Notes under the pieces: model-generated | The model's input: only the letters and a program-made list of their open reading frames with translations | Database searches by the model: none | What the model was told of the DNA's origin: nothing | NCBI RefSeq assembly: GCF_001194135.2 | Contig: NC_068988.1 | Coordinates: 10,027,656-10,091,655, forward strand | Length of the DNA stretch: 64,000 bases | Source of the DNA: Octopus bimaculoides | Taxonomy: Eukaryota | Direction: 5' to 3' | Program-made: the position numbers and the translations under genes | In this document: piece by piece, positions 13,091-25,541 of the stretch | Numbering within the stretch: the first letter of the stretch is position 1 | Layout: every line of letters starts with the position of its first letter

Positions 13091-13652
13091 ATGGAATCAT
13101 TCCCTAATATGAAGCATTTAAGAGCCATTTTTGTCACCTCTGCGTTTAAATGAATTGAAGTGCATACGTTTTATGCTTTTAAATGCCATTGCCGATTCCA
13201 GTAAAATATTAGTAGATTTTTGCAATGTATCATGTGGCGTTTAAAACAGATATTGGTATGTCTCGAGGAATATTTCCAGCAGTGCAGAAATAAAGATATC
13301 TTTAAATCATAGAAATGCGAATTATACAATCCATTTTACAGTCGATAAGGCGACAGCATTTCATAGTTTTTTTTTTGTAGCGTCACATTGAATGGTTGTC
13401 ATGTCAATCCAATGACGCTCTTGTAAATATTTGCAACATTGATTTTATATATTTATCGATTTATTTTTTTAGATATTAATGTTGGTTTGGGTATGGAGAT
13501 TATCAGTGAAATGAATGGGGAGAAGAGTTGTTACGTGGAAAAAATCCTTAATCTTCTAATACGATCACTTTTTAAAATTTTATTTTCCTTTTTACTCTGT
13601 AATGATTCTTGCGATGGCAACTGCATCCCTACTCAGATGTTAGTATTTTTAA

Positions 13653-13871
13653 CCCTTTAACATTCAGATTAATCTATCAAATATAATGCTTATTTATTCA
13701 CATTGTTTAAATTGATCATGCATTCTCTCATAGTTTCAAGATTTTGAGGACTTGTTTGTTCAAATCTAAAATGATATTTTAGGGTAGATGTGTGAGGCTG
13801 GATCTGGTTGGTTTAAAGATAAAACATGTAAAATATGTAGTCCAGATCTGGCCGGTTTAAAGGCTATAGAG
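13653..13871. mobile_element. piggyBac-type MITE (non-autonomous)
   Basis: TTAA at 13649-13652 and 13872-13875 flank CCCTTTAACATT...AAAGGCTATAGAG (imperfect TIR, CCC/GGG-type ends); no ORF. Confidence 0.7.
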
Positions 13872-14686
13872 TTAAACGTACGTTGATCAGATTTCACGTA
13901 TGCCTGCCTCCGTCGCTTCCTTCTAAGGCAATTTTATGGAGTAACAGTGTGCGGCGACACTTGGTTGTTTATTAACCAATATTATTGTTGTTGCTTCGGT
14001 ATCTCGCATCATTACCGCCGGATGTGAATCCGAGGTACTTTTTGATGTGGTTTCTAGATAAGCTTCAGACAATGTAGCACATTCTTTTCAGATACCAGGA
14101 GCGGAGCCTGAGTTTAAATTTTTATCTGGTGGCTCATATGTAACAACAAACAATGGGATTTGTTGCATTTGCTGTAGCTTTTATCTATTGAAACTTTCTC
14201 GGTAGAAAGCCGCTAAATAAATTCGCTACCGCATCAGATGCAACTGAAGTTTCTCCTCTGGATGCCCTTTCTCAAACTTTTTTCTCATCACGCCAACAGT
14301 ACCCAACTGTAATATCGGATTGTTTTAGGGAATCGCAGATATACGAGGAACTGTGTGTTCATATGAAGTCCGCCGACCAGTTATCGCTATATGTTGCCTG
14401 GACAAAGACAACCTACTCAGTTGTATAGTAATGTCATTACGAGCCACTACTCGTTTGACATCCGTAATGATGTTTGCATGTATAACTAAATATTTTGCGG
14501 CTATTTTAAAGGTGACCAAATCTCTTAGCGCTTCGTCTCAAACTTTTGCTCCTTACTTCGGAAGAAATCGATTATGCAAACTTATGTTCTCCGTCACAGT
14601 AAATGGTACTTGCAATTCTTTCCCACGTTTAAAATATCACTAAGTATTAGCACTAATCTGCCTCTCTCACCAGAGTATTATTATTA

Positions 14687-14855
14687 TTCACATTAGTTAC
14701 ATTTGACGGTTATTTGTCCTCATCTTGTTTCTTGTTAACACGACGTTTCAGCTGATATACCCCCCCACCCGCCTTCATCAGGTGTCGTAGAGAAATTTCG
14801 AACCTGGGTTCTCATTCCTAAGGTATTTTTCGAAGTTGTTATTGTTGTTTGAGGT
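14687..14855 (-). mobile_element. Penelope-like element terminal (pLTR) fragment
   Basis: Contains the CTGATGAAG...GAAACGTC hallmark of PLE terminal repeats and adjoins a short (TTA)n. Confidence 0.6.
14737..14786 (-). ncRNA. Minimal type I hammerhead ribozyme motif
   Basis: GACAC-CUGAUGA-A-GGC..GCU-GAAA-CGUC-GUGUU: 5-bp stem I, intact core, palindromic ACGU stem III, GUC cleavage triplet; stem II partly decayed. Confidence 0.7.
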
Positions 14856-15477
14856 AGAAATGCTGAAAAAGTTTCCCTTGTTTTTCAATTTGAAATATCC
14901 ATTCATTACTTTACTTGGCAACCTCACACGCGGTCATTACTGTATGAATGCATGCCTGTATATGCGTGTATGTGTGCGTATGTGTGTATTTGTTAATGTC
15001 AGTGCTGTTGTTTATCGCAATCGAAGTCGTTCTAATAGTTCAGAACCTATGTTATTTTCCGTCAGAAATTCATTATTAATTATCTAGAAATTCATGTATT
15101 TCACTAAGGAAGTGAATCTTGTTTTTCATTTCTCTGTCAAGTTTCATTAAAATTTTTTTTGGCATTCGTTCGAATATCCAAAGTTTGTATGTGTGATGGG
15201 GGGAGGGGGGATTTAATTGATGCAACCATTTCGTCTGTTTACGAGTGGTAGGTGAGGAAATATATTTTCTTCGAAATTAAAGGATGTTTCCCCCAGTGAA
15301 GAATTAATGCAAGCAATTATATTTATATTTTTTCCTGTTTACCATTCGAGTGTCTACATTGTATTGACAATAAACTACGTCATGGGACAACCAAATTGAA
15401 CGCATCCGGGTATCTGAATTAATAATGACGTTGATGGTGTTAGTTAGTGGTGGGTGTTGTTGTTCGGGATCATGATG

Positions 15478-15615
15478 GGGATAATAATAATAATAATAAC
15501 GACAGTAATAATAATAATACTATTAATGATAATAAAACTAACAACAATAACAACAACTGCAATATTAATAAGAATAATAAAGATGATGATGATGATGAGG
15601 ATGATGATGATGATA

Positions 15616-15648
<33 letters not shown>

Positions 15649-15698
15649 CTGATGCTGATGCTGCTGCTGATGATGATGATGACGAAGAGGATAATGAT

Positions 15699-15742
<44 letters not shown>

Positions 15743-15785
15743 TAATAATAACAATAATAATAATAATGATGAGGAGGAGGAGCAT
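15478..15785. repeat. Compound trinucleotide tract (AAT/AAC/GAT/GCT/AAT/GAG)
   Basis: Directly visible; source of the poly-D/N, poly-I/M and poly-H ORFs. Confidence 0.95.
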
Positions 15786-15914
15786 GAGTGGGATGTGGAG
15801 AATACATACATATATACGCAAACATACATGCATACATACATAAATATATATATATACATAAATAATACATGCACGCCTACAAACATACAGATACACATAT
15901 CTACATCCATCCAT

Positions 15915-15947
<33 letters not shown>

Positions 15948-16106
15948 AACACACACACATATACATATAGATGGATATATAGATATAAATATACGTGTGC
16001 TTATGTATATATGTTTATATATATAATATCTGTATATATATGTATATATATATATATATACAAATATATATGTGTATCTATATGTATCTATATATATGTA
16101 TGTATG

Positions 16107-16609
16107 TTGTTGGCACTCCGTCGCTTACGACGTCGAGGGTCCCAGTTGATCCGATCAACGGAACAACCTGCTCGTGAAATTAACGTGTAAGTGACTGAGT
16201 ACTCCACAGACACGTATACCCTTCTCGGGGATATTCAGCGTGACACAGTGTGACAAGGCTGACCCTTTGAAATTTCAGGCATAACAGAAACAGAAAATAA
16301 GAGTGAGAGAAAGTTGTGGTGAAAGAGTACAGCAGGGTTCGCTACCATTCCCTGCCGGAGCCTCGTGGAGCTTTAGGTTTTTNNNNNNNNNNTTTGAAAT
16401 TTCAGGCACAACAGAAACAGAAAATAAGAGTGAGAGAAAGTTGTGGTGAAAGAGTACAGCAGGGTTCGCTACCATTCCCTGCCGGAGCCTCGTGGAGCTT
16501 TAGGTTTTTTTCGCTCAATAAACACTCACAACGCCCGGTCTGGGAATCGAAACCGCGATCCTATGACCCTGAGTCCGCTGCCCTACCCACTGAGCCATTG
16601 CGCCTTCAC
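16107..16609 (-). mobile_element. Full-length tRNA-derived SINE, family B
   Basis: A box TGGCTCAGTGG and B box GGTTTCGATTCCC on minus; ATGTATGTATG direct repeat at 16096-16106 and 16610-16620 (probable TSD); internal ~120-bp duplication across an 11-N gap is probably an assembly artefact. Confidence 0.9.
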
Positions 16610-17025
16610 ATGTATGTATGCATATGCAATACATACGTGTGTATTTATAAGTGCATATATATCTATATAATTTTCTCTATATCTTCATATATATATATAT
16701 AAATATAAGTATGTACCTATATGTGTACGTGTGTGTGTTGTGAGTTGACTAAAAACTATAAGGATATCCGTGTGTGCATGTGTATGTTTATTTTTCATTA
16801 TGCAGGCGCGCGTCCAATTAAGGATATCTGATTTAATCGAGGAGTGAATGAGGTTAAAATGAGATTATTGTAACGTACCGTAAATAGAATAATCAACAAA
16901 TATAAATCGCTCTGCATTCTATAGTACTATAGACGCTAGGGAAATTGATATGTATACACATGTGGTTATATGCGTATGTATATATGTGCTTGTGTGCGCT
17001 TGTTGATGATTAGATCAATATATAA

Positions 17026-17065
<40 letters not shown>

Positions 17066-17474
17066 NNNNNNNNNNNNNNNNNNNNNNNNNNNNNNNNNNN
17101 NNNNNNNNNNNNNNNNNNNNNNNNNNNNNNNNNNNNNNNNNNNNNNNNNNNNNNNNNNNNNNNNNNNNNNNNNNNNNNNNNNNNNNNNNNNNNNNNNNNN
17201 NNNNNNNNNNNNNNNNNNNNNNNNNNNNNNNNNNNNNNNNNNNNNNNNNNNNNNNNNNNNNNNNNNNNNNNNNNNNNNNNNNNNNNNNNNNNNNNNNNNN
17301 NNNNNNNNNNNNNNNNNNNNNNNNNNNNNNNNNNNNNNNNNNNNNNNNNNNNNNNNNNNNNNNNNNNNNNNNNNNNNNNNNNNNNNNNNNNNNNNNNNNN
17401 NNNNNNNNNNNNNAATATATATACATAAAATATACGCATGAATTTATGTATACGTATATATATACGTATATATG

Positions 17475-17480
<6 letters not shown>

Positions 17481-17560
<80 letters not shown>

Positions 17561-17661
17561 GTGATCATGAAGATGCTGATGATAATAATCTATGGAGAGA
17601 ATTTATAAATATTCTTAAATAAGATTTATTAAATAAAGATATTTACTAATCCTACCCATGA

Positions 17662-17718
<57 letters not shown>

Positions 17719-17744
17719 NNNNNNNNNNTTATTATTATTATTAT
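17481..17744. repeat. (AAT)n and (ATT)n arrays in inverted orientation, ~100 bp apart
   Basis: 17481-17560 (AAT)n; 17661-17744 (ATT)n. Confidence 0.9.
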
Positions 17745-19047
17745 CGTACATTATATCTGCACAGCTTGGTCCAACCCCAAAATATTGCTAGAGCCTGGTC
17801 GTATCATTAGGCTGCAGCCGGCATAAGAAAATAGGAGCTTTTATATATATTTATAGCTTAAAAAAAAAAAATATATGTATGTATGTATGTAGGTTTGTAT
17901 GTATCTCGAAAGAAGGCTTTCCAAAGTATTGCTTCGAAGAAAAGGCTTTTGTATTTCTCCAGACCTGTCAAGGACAGAGTAACAAAAGTTAACAGTAGTT
18001 CTTGTATGGCAATTTAATGAGAAATTCGGGCAAGCGCTATTAGAGCTAATGGTGATAAGGGAGAAATGGTAAGTTGTGCATCTAATGTTTCGTGCGGCTG
18101 AGGAAAATTTGATAGAAAGTGACATGCTATAAATATATACAAATAGTACTAATTGTCATTTTCGTGGTAATGATAATGACGATGACAAAATGATGATGAT
18201 AATGACGACAACGATGATAATACTATTGATGATGATGGTATTGATGATGTTTTTTGGTGATGATGATAATGATGACGTGTTTATAGTGGAAGAAAGAAAG
18301 AAAAGAGAAATGTACATGAATGGCGTTGGTGGTGAGATTCATGGTGCGTTTTGATGATGATGATACTGTACCGAGTGTTTGAAGCAAAACCTTAGAGCTT
18401 TAGTAACCAGAATGAAACTGCACTTCTGTCAACCGACGTGTCTTGGAATATCCCAACATATTAGAGTATGTTCTAGTTTTCTTATACAATTCAGACGTTC
18501 CCGGGCTTTCGTAAAGAAAGGAGACTGGTGCACTTTGGAATCAAGAGTAACACGCCCTTTAAATTAAACAAACAAGTTTCATTGGTCGCAGAAGAACCTT
18601 CAATTAAAGCAATCTTCGATGAGGTTGGACAGAATATTATTCGCAACTCACACGCGAAGTTAACGTCTTCGCGTTTTTGTTAAGTAATTACAAACTACAT
18701 CGGCTGTAGCACACCAAGTTACACTAATGTCAGACAATAATGTGAAAATGTGGTTTTTATAATATACGCCGAGAACAATAAATGTTAAACAACGATGGTT
18801 TTGGTTTACTAATAGGTCAACATGCAGTCTATCGCATGTGAAGGTGAGAATAAAAGAATTAGAAAAGGGATGGGAGAGAAAACGACAGGGGAGATAAGAG
18901 CATAGGGTAGAGTCGCATCAAATTGATTAAGATAAACTTACTTGGAAATGGATGCGTGGTGTTCAATCAAATAATAATATAAATACTATATATATATACG
19001 CACGCACACACATAGACACACATACATATATATAGACACACACACGC

Positions 19048-19121
<74 letters not shown>

Positions 19122-19385
19122 AGTCTCCATGTGACTATATGTGTGCGTAATTTTTCTTTTCTTTTCATTCTGGTAGAAGAAGCTAATACGTGTATTTATA
19201 TACTTTTGTCCTACATTTTGATAGATTTTTCCGTAGGCATCAACACAGATTTTCTCAGTCGTAACGCCTGTATGCTCCGTAAATATAATTCTTTCCAAAT
19301 AAAATGTACGTCATTGTCATCGCTCGGATGAAGCTATAGGATGTTATCTGGATACTCAACTAAGAGTCCACTTCATCTTATAGCA

Positions 19386-19568
19386 CCTTGGTTCCTAAAC
19401 TGGGTTCACTCACCACCAGGGGTCCGCGAAGCGATTTTACGGTGTCCACAAAGTGTTTCAAAATTTCATATCTTTTATGTTGAAAACACTTGGTTTTCGG
19501 TTTTAGCTAAAGCTGGAACCCTTGAACATTCACGCACTACACAGAACCCCTAAGTTTAAAAAACACAG
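19386..19568. mobile_element. Probable hAT (Charlie/Buster-like) MITE
   Basis: Left end CCTTGGTTCCTAAACT and right end AGTTTAAAAAACACAG resemble CAGTGGTTC..AAAC-type TIRs; internal GGGGTCCGCG motif; no clear TSD. Confidence 0.4.
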
Positions 19569-20652
19569 GGCGTACACTAACTGAATGCAAGCGTCCCTCT
19601 GCGGGTTTATTGATCGATGAGCGGGTATGGACGCAACAGCCTTCGTTTGATTTCTGTAGTTATCATCAGTGTATTCTTTGGCGATTTAATAAGAGTTTTG
19701 ACTGTTATTTCAAGCAGGTAGACATACTTAGTATGTCCTTTGATTAATTTTAATCCCTCGGCTATTTAATGCTATTTTTGGCCTACTATCGCCTGTGTCA
19801 TTGTTCTGTTATTTCCATTTTTTTAAATAGTTACATTTGATAATAATAGAATAAATGACACCTTCGCAAATTCATTTTTCGTATATANNNNNNNNNNNNN
19901 NNNNNNNNNNNNNNNNNNNNNNNNNNNNNNNNNNNNNNNNNNNNNNNNNNNNNNNNNNNNNNNNNNNNNNNNNNNNNNNNNNNNNNNNNNNNNNNNNNNN
20001 NNNNNNNNNNNNNNNNNNNNNNNNNNNNNNNNNNNNNNNNNNNNNNNNNNNNNNNNNNNNNNNNNNNNNNNNNNNNNNNNNNNNNNNNNNNNNNNNNNNN
20101 NNNNNNNNNNNNNNNNNNNNNNNNNNNNNNNNNNNNNNNNNNNNNNNNNNNNNNNNNNNNNNNNNNNNNNNNNNNNNNNNNNNNNNNNNNNNNNNNNNNN
20201 NNNNNNNNNNNNNNNNNNNNNNNNNNNNNNNNNNNNNNNNNNNNNNNNNNNNNNNNNNNNNNNNNNNNNNNNNNNNNNNNNNNNNNNNNNNNNNNNNNNN
20301 NNNNNNNNNNNNNNNNNNNNNNNNNNNNNNNNNNNNNNNNNNNNNNNNNNNNNNNNNNNNNNNNNNNNNNNNNNNNNNNNNNNNNNNNNNNNNNNNNNNN
20401 NNNNNNNNNNNNNNNNNNNNNNNNNNNNNNNNNNNNNNNNNNNNNNNNNNNNNNNNNNNNNNNNNNNNNNNNNNNNNNNNNNNNNNNNNNNNNNNNNNNN
20501 NNNNNNNNNNNNNNNNNNNNNNNNNNNNNNNNNNNNNNNNNNNNNNNNNNNNNNNNNNNNNNNNNNNNNNNNNNNNNNNNNNNNNNNNNNNNNNNNNNNN
20601 NNNNNNNNNNNNNNNNNNNNNNNNNNNNNNNNNNNNNNNNNNNNNNNNNNNN

Positions 20653-20671
20653 GTTAGGGTTAGGGTTAGGG
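20653..20671 (+). repeat. Interstitial (TTAGGG)3 at the edge of a 765-N gap
   Basis: GTTAGGGTTAGGGTTAGGG begins at the first base after the gap. Confidence 0.8.
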
Positions 20672-21054
20672 TAAAACAGCAAATTTAAAAAGAAAGAAGC
20701 AAAACGAAGCTATGGAAATTAAATACGCTTTACACCGCTTAATCAGCCAAAGGAATAAATGTAAACACCTGAATACTTGTCAGTGATTGGTTGAAATTAT
20801 CGAAATAAGACAATTTTTTACATGAAATAAATTCGAATACAAAAATATTTTTCTGTTCTATAACACAAAATAGATAAGTATACGAAGTTTGAAAGTCTTT
20901 CGGTACCAAAAACACTACGTAAAACATTAATGAAAAATGTGGCCCCCGTTTTAAAAAAGATCCAAGTTTTCTCCACAGAGTGAAATAGTACAAAATTCTG
21001 TGCATTTACAGCACAAAAATTAGCATATTGTTATTACGTTTATTTGTAAAATGT

Positions 21055-21965
21055 CTTTTGCAAAGAAAAGGAGACATGAGGAGGCATATTGGAGTTTCGG
21101 TTTTATTGTGCTTACTGCTGCCAGAGTAGAAAAACCACATTGTGTTCTGTGCTTTTAGGTATTGGAAATGACTCTGATTTTGAAACGCTTTTACTGTACT
21201 CGTCATGTGTGTTGGTTATCCAAAGGGAGAGTACTGAAAAGAGTATTCGCTCTACAAAATGAGATACACGAATTTCTTCGAGGTGCTAAAAAAGTGCGGC
21301 ACAAACAATTCTCCAACACTCAGTTCCTTACATGTCTCTCTTTTTGGTCTAGATTTTTGAATAAGTTAATTCTGTTAACTTAGCATTATAAGGAAAAGAC
21401 ATCACTATTCTACACTGTCATGAAAAAATGACTGCATTCAAAATGAAGCTCCATTTGTGGTATTCGAAATTGAAATGTGAGGATTTTGCACTATATCCTT
21501 GACGAAGATAGGTTTCGAGTTGATGCTGACATCTTCGACATAATGAAGCAGCACGTCTTAATACTTCACAATGAAATTCAAAATATATTAAAAAAAATAA
21601 AAAAACATTCCTCAACTTACAGTACTTCGAAAATTTCATCATGTCATTACCAATCCCATCTCTGTTGTTGACCTTCTACCGGAAGATTACGACATTCAAG
21701 AACACTTCATTGACTTGCTGAATGATGGAAGTGCAAAAACCGCCTTTCGTAACATGTGTCGCAGTCCTATCCAGATGTTGCCAAATTGGACCCTAAAATT
21801 CATCGTTCTTCCATTCGCAACAACGTAGGAATGTGAGACGGCTTTTGCAACTTTACTCGCAATGAAAACAACCTGGATGTTGCGCATGACATGAGGGTCG
21901 CAGTATCAAAAAGCAGTCTATCACTGATGGCATATTACAGACCAAACATCCCTATCATGGAATTT
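21055..21965 (+). pseudogene. Internally deleted hAT transposase fossil (Buster/Charlie, ZBED5-like)
   Basis: KRRHEEAYWSFGF...EKPHCVLC (BED finger start); CWLSKGRVLKRVFALQNEIHEFL (RWLSRG motif); L*GKDITILHCHEKMTAFKMKLHLW; LPFATT*ECETAFATL and LDVAHDMRVAVSK (hATC dimerisation domain); multiple stops; end-like GGTCCG motifs at 22067-22110. Confidence 0.85.
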
Positions 21966-22678
21966 AAAAAAATTTTATTAGTAAAATTATATCTCATGAA
22001 AAATTATTTTATACAAGGTCATTTTGCTTTGTTCGTCTTCTCTGATTTTTCCTTTTAGAGCCGGGGTGGGGGTCCGCAAGGCCTCGAAAAAATGGGAGAG
22101 GGTCCGTAAGACGAAAATTTTGAAAAAGTTTTGGTTATGAAACAATCAGCTGTAAAGTAATGAAATTCATTACATGGTCTTTGGTATTTTCCGGTGTATT
22201 ATCTCTTTGTTTCTTATTACCACTCTATACTAATCTAACATTGTGTTAAAAATCAGACATATATTGAATTCTACTGCAGGTTATTAGTCTCACTATGTCT
22301 CAGCGAAATACTAATAAAATAAATGTGCGTATATATAAAACCTCTAAGCGCCTTATTCATATCACTGATCTTGTTCGTGAGAAATGTAACATTATTTATA
22401 TTTTGATGGTTTTTTCTTGTTTTGTATTTAGGTTGATATTCCTTCCTGCAACACGCCGATCTCGCACGTATGAAATTCGCTATAAATAAACGACAACAGT
22501 AATGTATTTATGTATGCAATTTCTATATCAACAATTTTATTGTAATATAAAAGATACACACTTGATACTGGCGGCAACATCGTCCAGTGCTACAGTCTTA
22601 TGCCCTCACCTCTTGTCCCCCCCTTTCTCCCCTCTCTCTCTTTCTCACTATATATATATATATATGTATATATACATT

Positions 22679-22723
<45 letters not shown>

Positions 22724-23397
22724 CCGTGTGTGTTTGTGTGCGAATGCGCGCATATGCGTATATACAGGCATTCGCATTTACAAATATCACACGATGTGAT
22801 ATGTGTAAATACGCCTCAGCGATATGTGTGATATGTGTATATAGAAATGCCTGAAAATAAATATCAACAAATTACGACCACATAAAAGCATTTCGTAACG
22901 AAGTTGTTCTCAATAAATTTAGAAATTAAAACTGCATATGAAATATTGTTAATTTATAAGTTTGAATTCTCATACACATAAAATTATGTATAGAACTTTA
23001 TGCTATTTCCATCTTTGTATTAAAATGTTTTCCACAACTGAGTATTAGTTTATCTCAATGTATTTTGATATCTCTGCGCAATACAGTTTACATATCGATC
23101 GTATATGTTTATAAATTGCAGCATTTCAAGAAACATTTAACTTTTCCTTAACTGCATAGATTATTACGATGTGTTAAATTATTCAAATTGGTGCTTAAGA
23201 TATATGTCCACCATGAGTATATATTCCGTAATTTTTGTCATCCGACTCGTTTTATTACGGCCACTTACATTCGAGAAGACATATATACATTAAAAGCGTA
23301 AATATGCGAAGACAGAAAATAGCAAATGTATTTCTACCAATGAAATATATTACTTAATGAAATATGTTAATATATAATGTAATGCATATGTATATGT

Positions 23398-23440
23398 TAG
23401 GCGGTGTGATGGCAGAAACGTTAGCATGCCAGGATATATG
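23398..23440 (+). mobile_element. Isolated head of SINE family A
   Basis: TTAGGCGGTGTGATGGCAGAAACGTTAGCATGCCAGG matches the family head. Confidence 0.55.
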
Positions 23441-23764
23441 TGGGTGTATGAACACCCTCGGGCAAGATGGATTGCATGTTCGTTTCTCTATTTGCCATCT
23501 CTGATTTTATTTTTTATCTTCTATATAAATGAAGTTATTTCCCCCGTCTGATTGCTTTTCTCGCTATAAAACGTGAAGTTACATTGTGGAACAGTTATTT
23601 TAAGGAGTTGTATTTATGTATCACCCGACGAGTTACATCTGCACCGCCGGCTGCTCCTCACCCAGTTGTCGAGTGTCCCGACCATGAGGAATCAATGTTA
23701 GATGTGTCGGAACAATTGTCATGATTAATAATAAATCCTCGTATATTCCATTTTCTCTTTCATT

Positions 23765-23821
<57 letters not shown>

Positions 23822-24126
23822 NNNNNNNNNNNNNNNNNNNNNNNNNNNNNNNNNNNNNNNNNNNNNNNNNNNNNNNNNNNNNNNNNNNNNNNNNNNNNNN
23901 NNNNNNNNNNNNNNNNNNNNNNNNNNNNNNNNNNNNNNNNNNNNNNNNNNNNNNNNNNNNNNNNNNNNNNNNNNNNNNNNNNNNNNNNNNNNNNNNNNNN
24001 NNNNNNNNNNNNNNNNNNNNNNNNNNNNNNNNNNNNNNNNNNNNNNNNNNNNNNNNNNNNNNNNNNNNNNATGTATTAGTATATATATACACACACACAC
24101 GCATATATACATAGATACATATATAC

Positions 24127-24164
<38 letters not shown>

Positions 24165-24908
24165 GCATATATATATATACATGCATATATATATATTATA
24201 TGTATGTATACATACATACAAACACAAATACATATATATATATATACGTATGTGTGTAAATACATTCATATATATGTAGTGAGCTTGATATACGCACTAC
24301 AAAACACACACGCGCATATGTAAGTGCGCGTGTGTGTATAAGTGTGCGTATGTATATGTGAGCGTGTGTGTATCTAACTAAGTGTACGAAATTATGTAAG
24401 GTTCATTGTTCTGATATAAAATTATATGTTTTTCATAACAGAGACATCTACTCAACGACAAACGAAACTAAACAAATCGACTCGATACAAAGATATAAAG
24501 ACGTTGGTACATGTATGATAAATCAATTTTTAATCTGGAAAGAAAGCAGAGTTAGTTTTCTTAGAGAGAGCCGAAAGCAATTTGTATATCTTCAATGTCT
24601 GACACTACTACACATAACGGCTGTTTTAATCGGCCATACTGACTAGACTAAGTAATTAGAAATGAATCTTTCAACGATATTTTACCTTATAACAGCAGAC
24701 GAAAAGAAAACAAACACTTGGAAACGTATTACAGCCTGCAGATTTGCAAATGACTAAATTATTTATATATATCATGTAGGCCCTCCACCACAAGAAAGAA
24801 AAAAAAGCAAACAAAAAATAAACGTAATGCACTAAATTCAGTGAAATTAAACAAACCAATTTGAGGTGCATGGTTAATTAATATTCTGGACCAAAGTGGG
24901 ATGGAAGG

Positions 24909-24941
<33 letters not shown>

Positions 24942-25488
24942 NNNNNNNNNNNNNNNNNNNNNNNNNNNNNNNNNNNNNNNNNNNNNNNNNNNNNNNNNNN
25001 NNNNNNNNNNNNNNNNNNNNNNNNNNNNNNNNNNNNNNNNNNNNNNNNNNNNNNNNNNNNNNNNNNNNNNNNNNNNNNNNNNNNNNNNNNNNNNNNNNNN
25101 NNNNNNNNNNNNNNNNNNNNNNNNNNNNNNNNNNNNNNNNNNNNNNNNTATATATACATGTGCATATCGATAGTGAAACTAATAGAAATGAAATTATTAA
25201 AAGTGAAGCTATTAACATACGTATATATATATATAGTGAAAATAATAAAGTTTAAACTAAAACTTGTGTAAGTGAAACGATATAAATGTGAAACTATTAT
25301 ATCACATTACGATAGAGACGATATTGTTTCACTTTTGACAAGTAATACCGAAACAGTAATGCATGCGTTAAATTTGAATGAGATCGGTTATGTATTTCTC
25401 GAGTTTTAGTGATGCACACATACATACATACATACAGACAGACTCATTCTGAGTGTTTATATATATATATATATATATCCATCACACA

Positions 25489-25541
<53 letters not shown>

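Noticed and set aside
16266-16510. ~120-bp tandem duplication inside a SINE
   Set aside because: The near-identical copies flank an 11-N gap, typical of unmerged overlapping contig ends; the 49559 copy has a single unit
16540-16609. tRNA gene (A and B boxes), also at 49880-49943, 47338-47400 and 60556-60630
   Set aside because: No cloverleaf or T-run terminator; each continues into a SINE body, two with TSDs
18652-18680. 8-bp hairpin ACGCGAAG/CTTCGCGT followed by Ts (terminator or Helitron end)
   Set aside because: Eukaryotic context makes an intrinsic terminator irrelevant, and no CTRR follows at Helitron spacing
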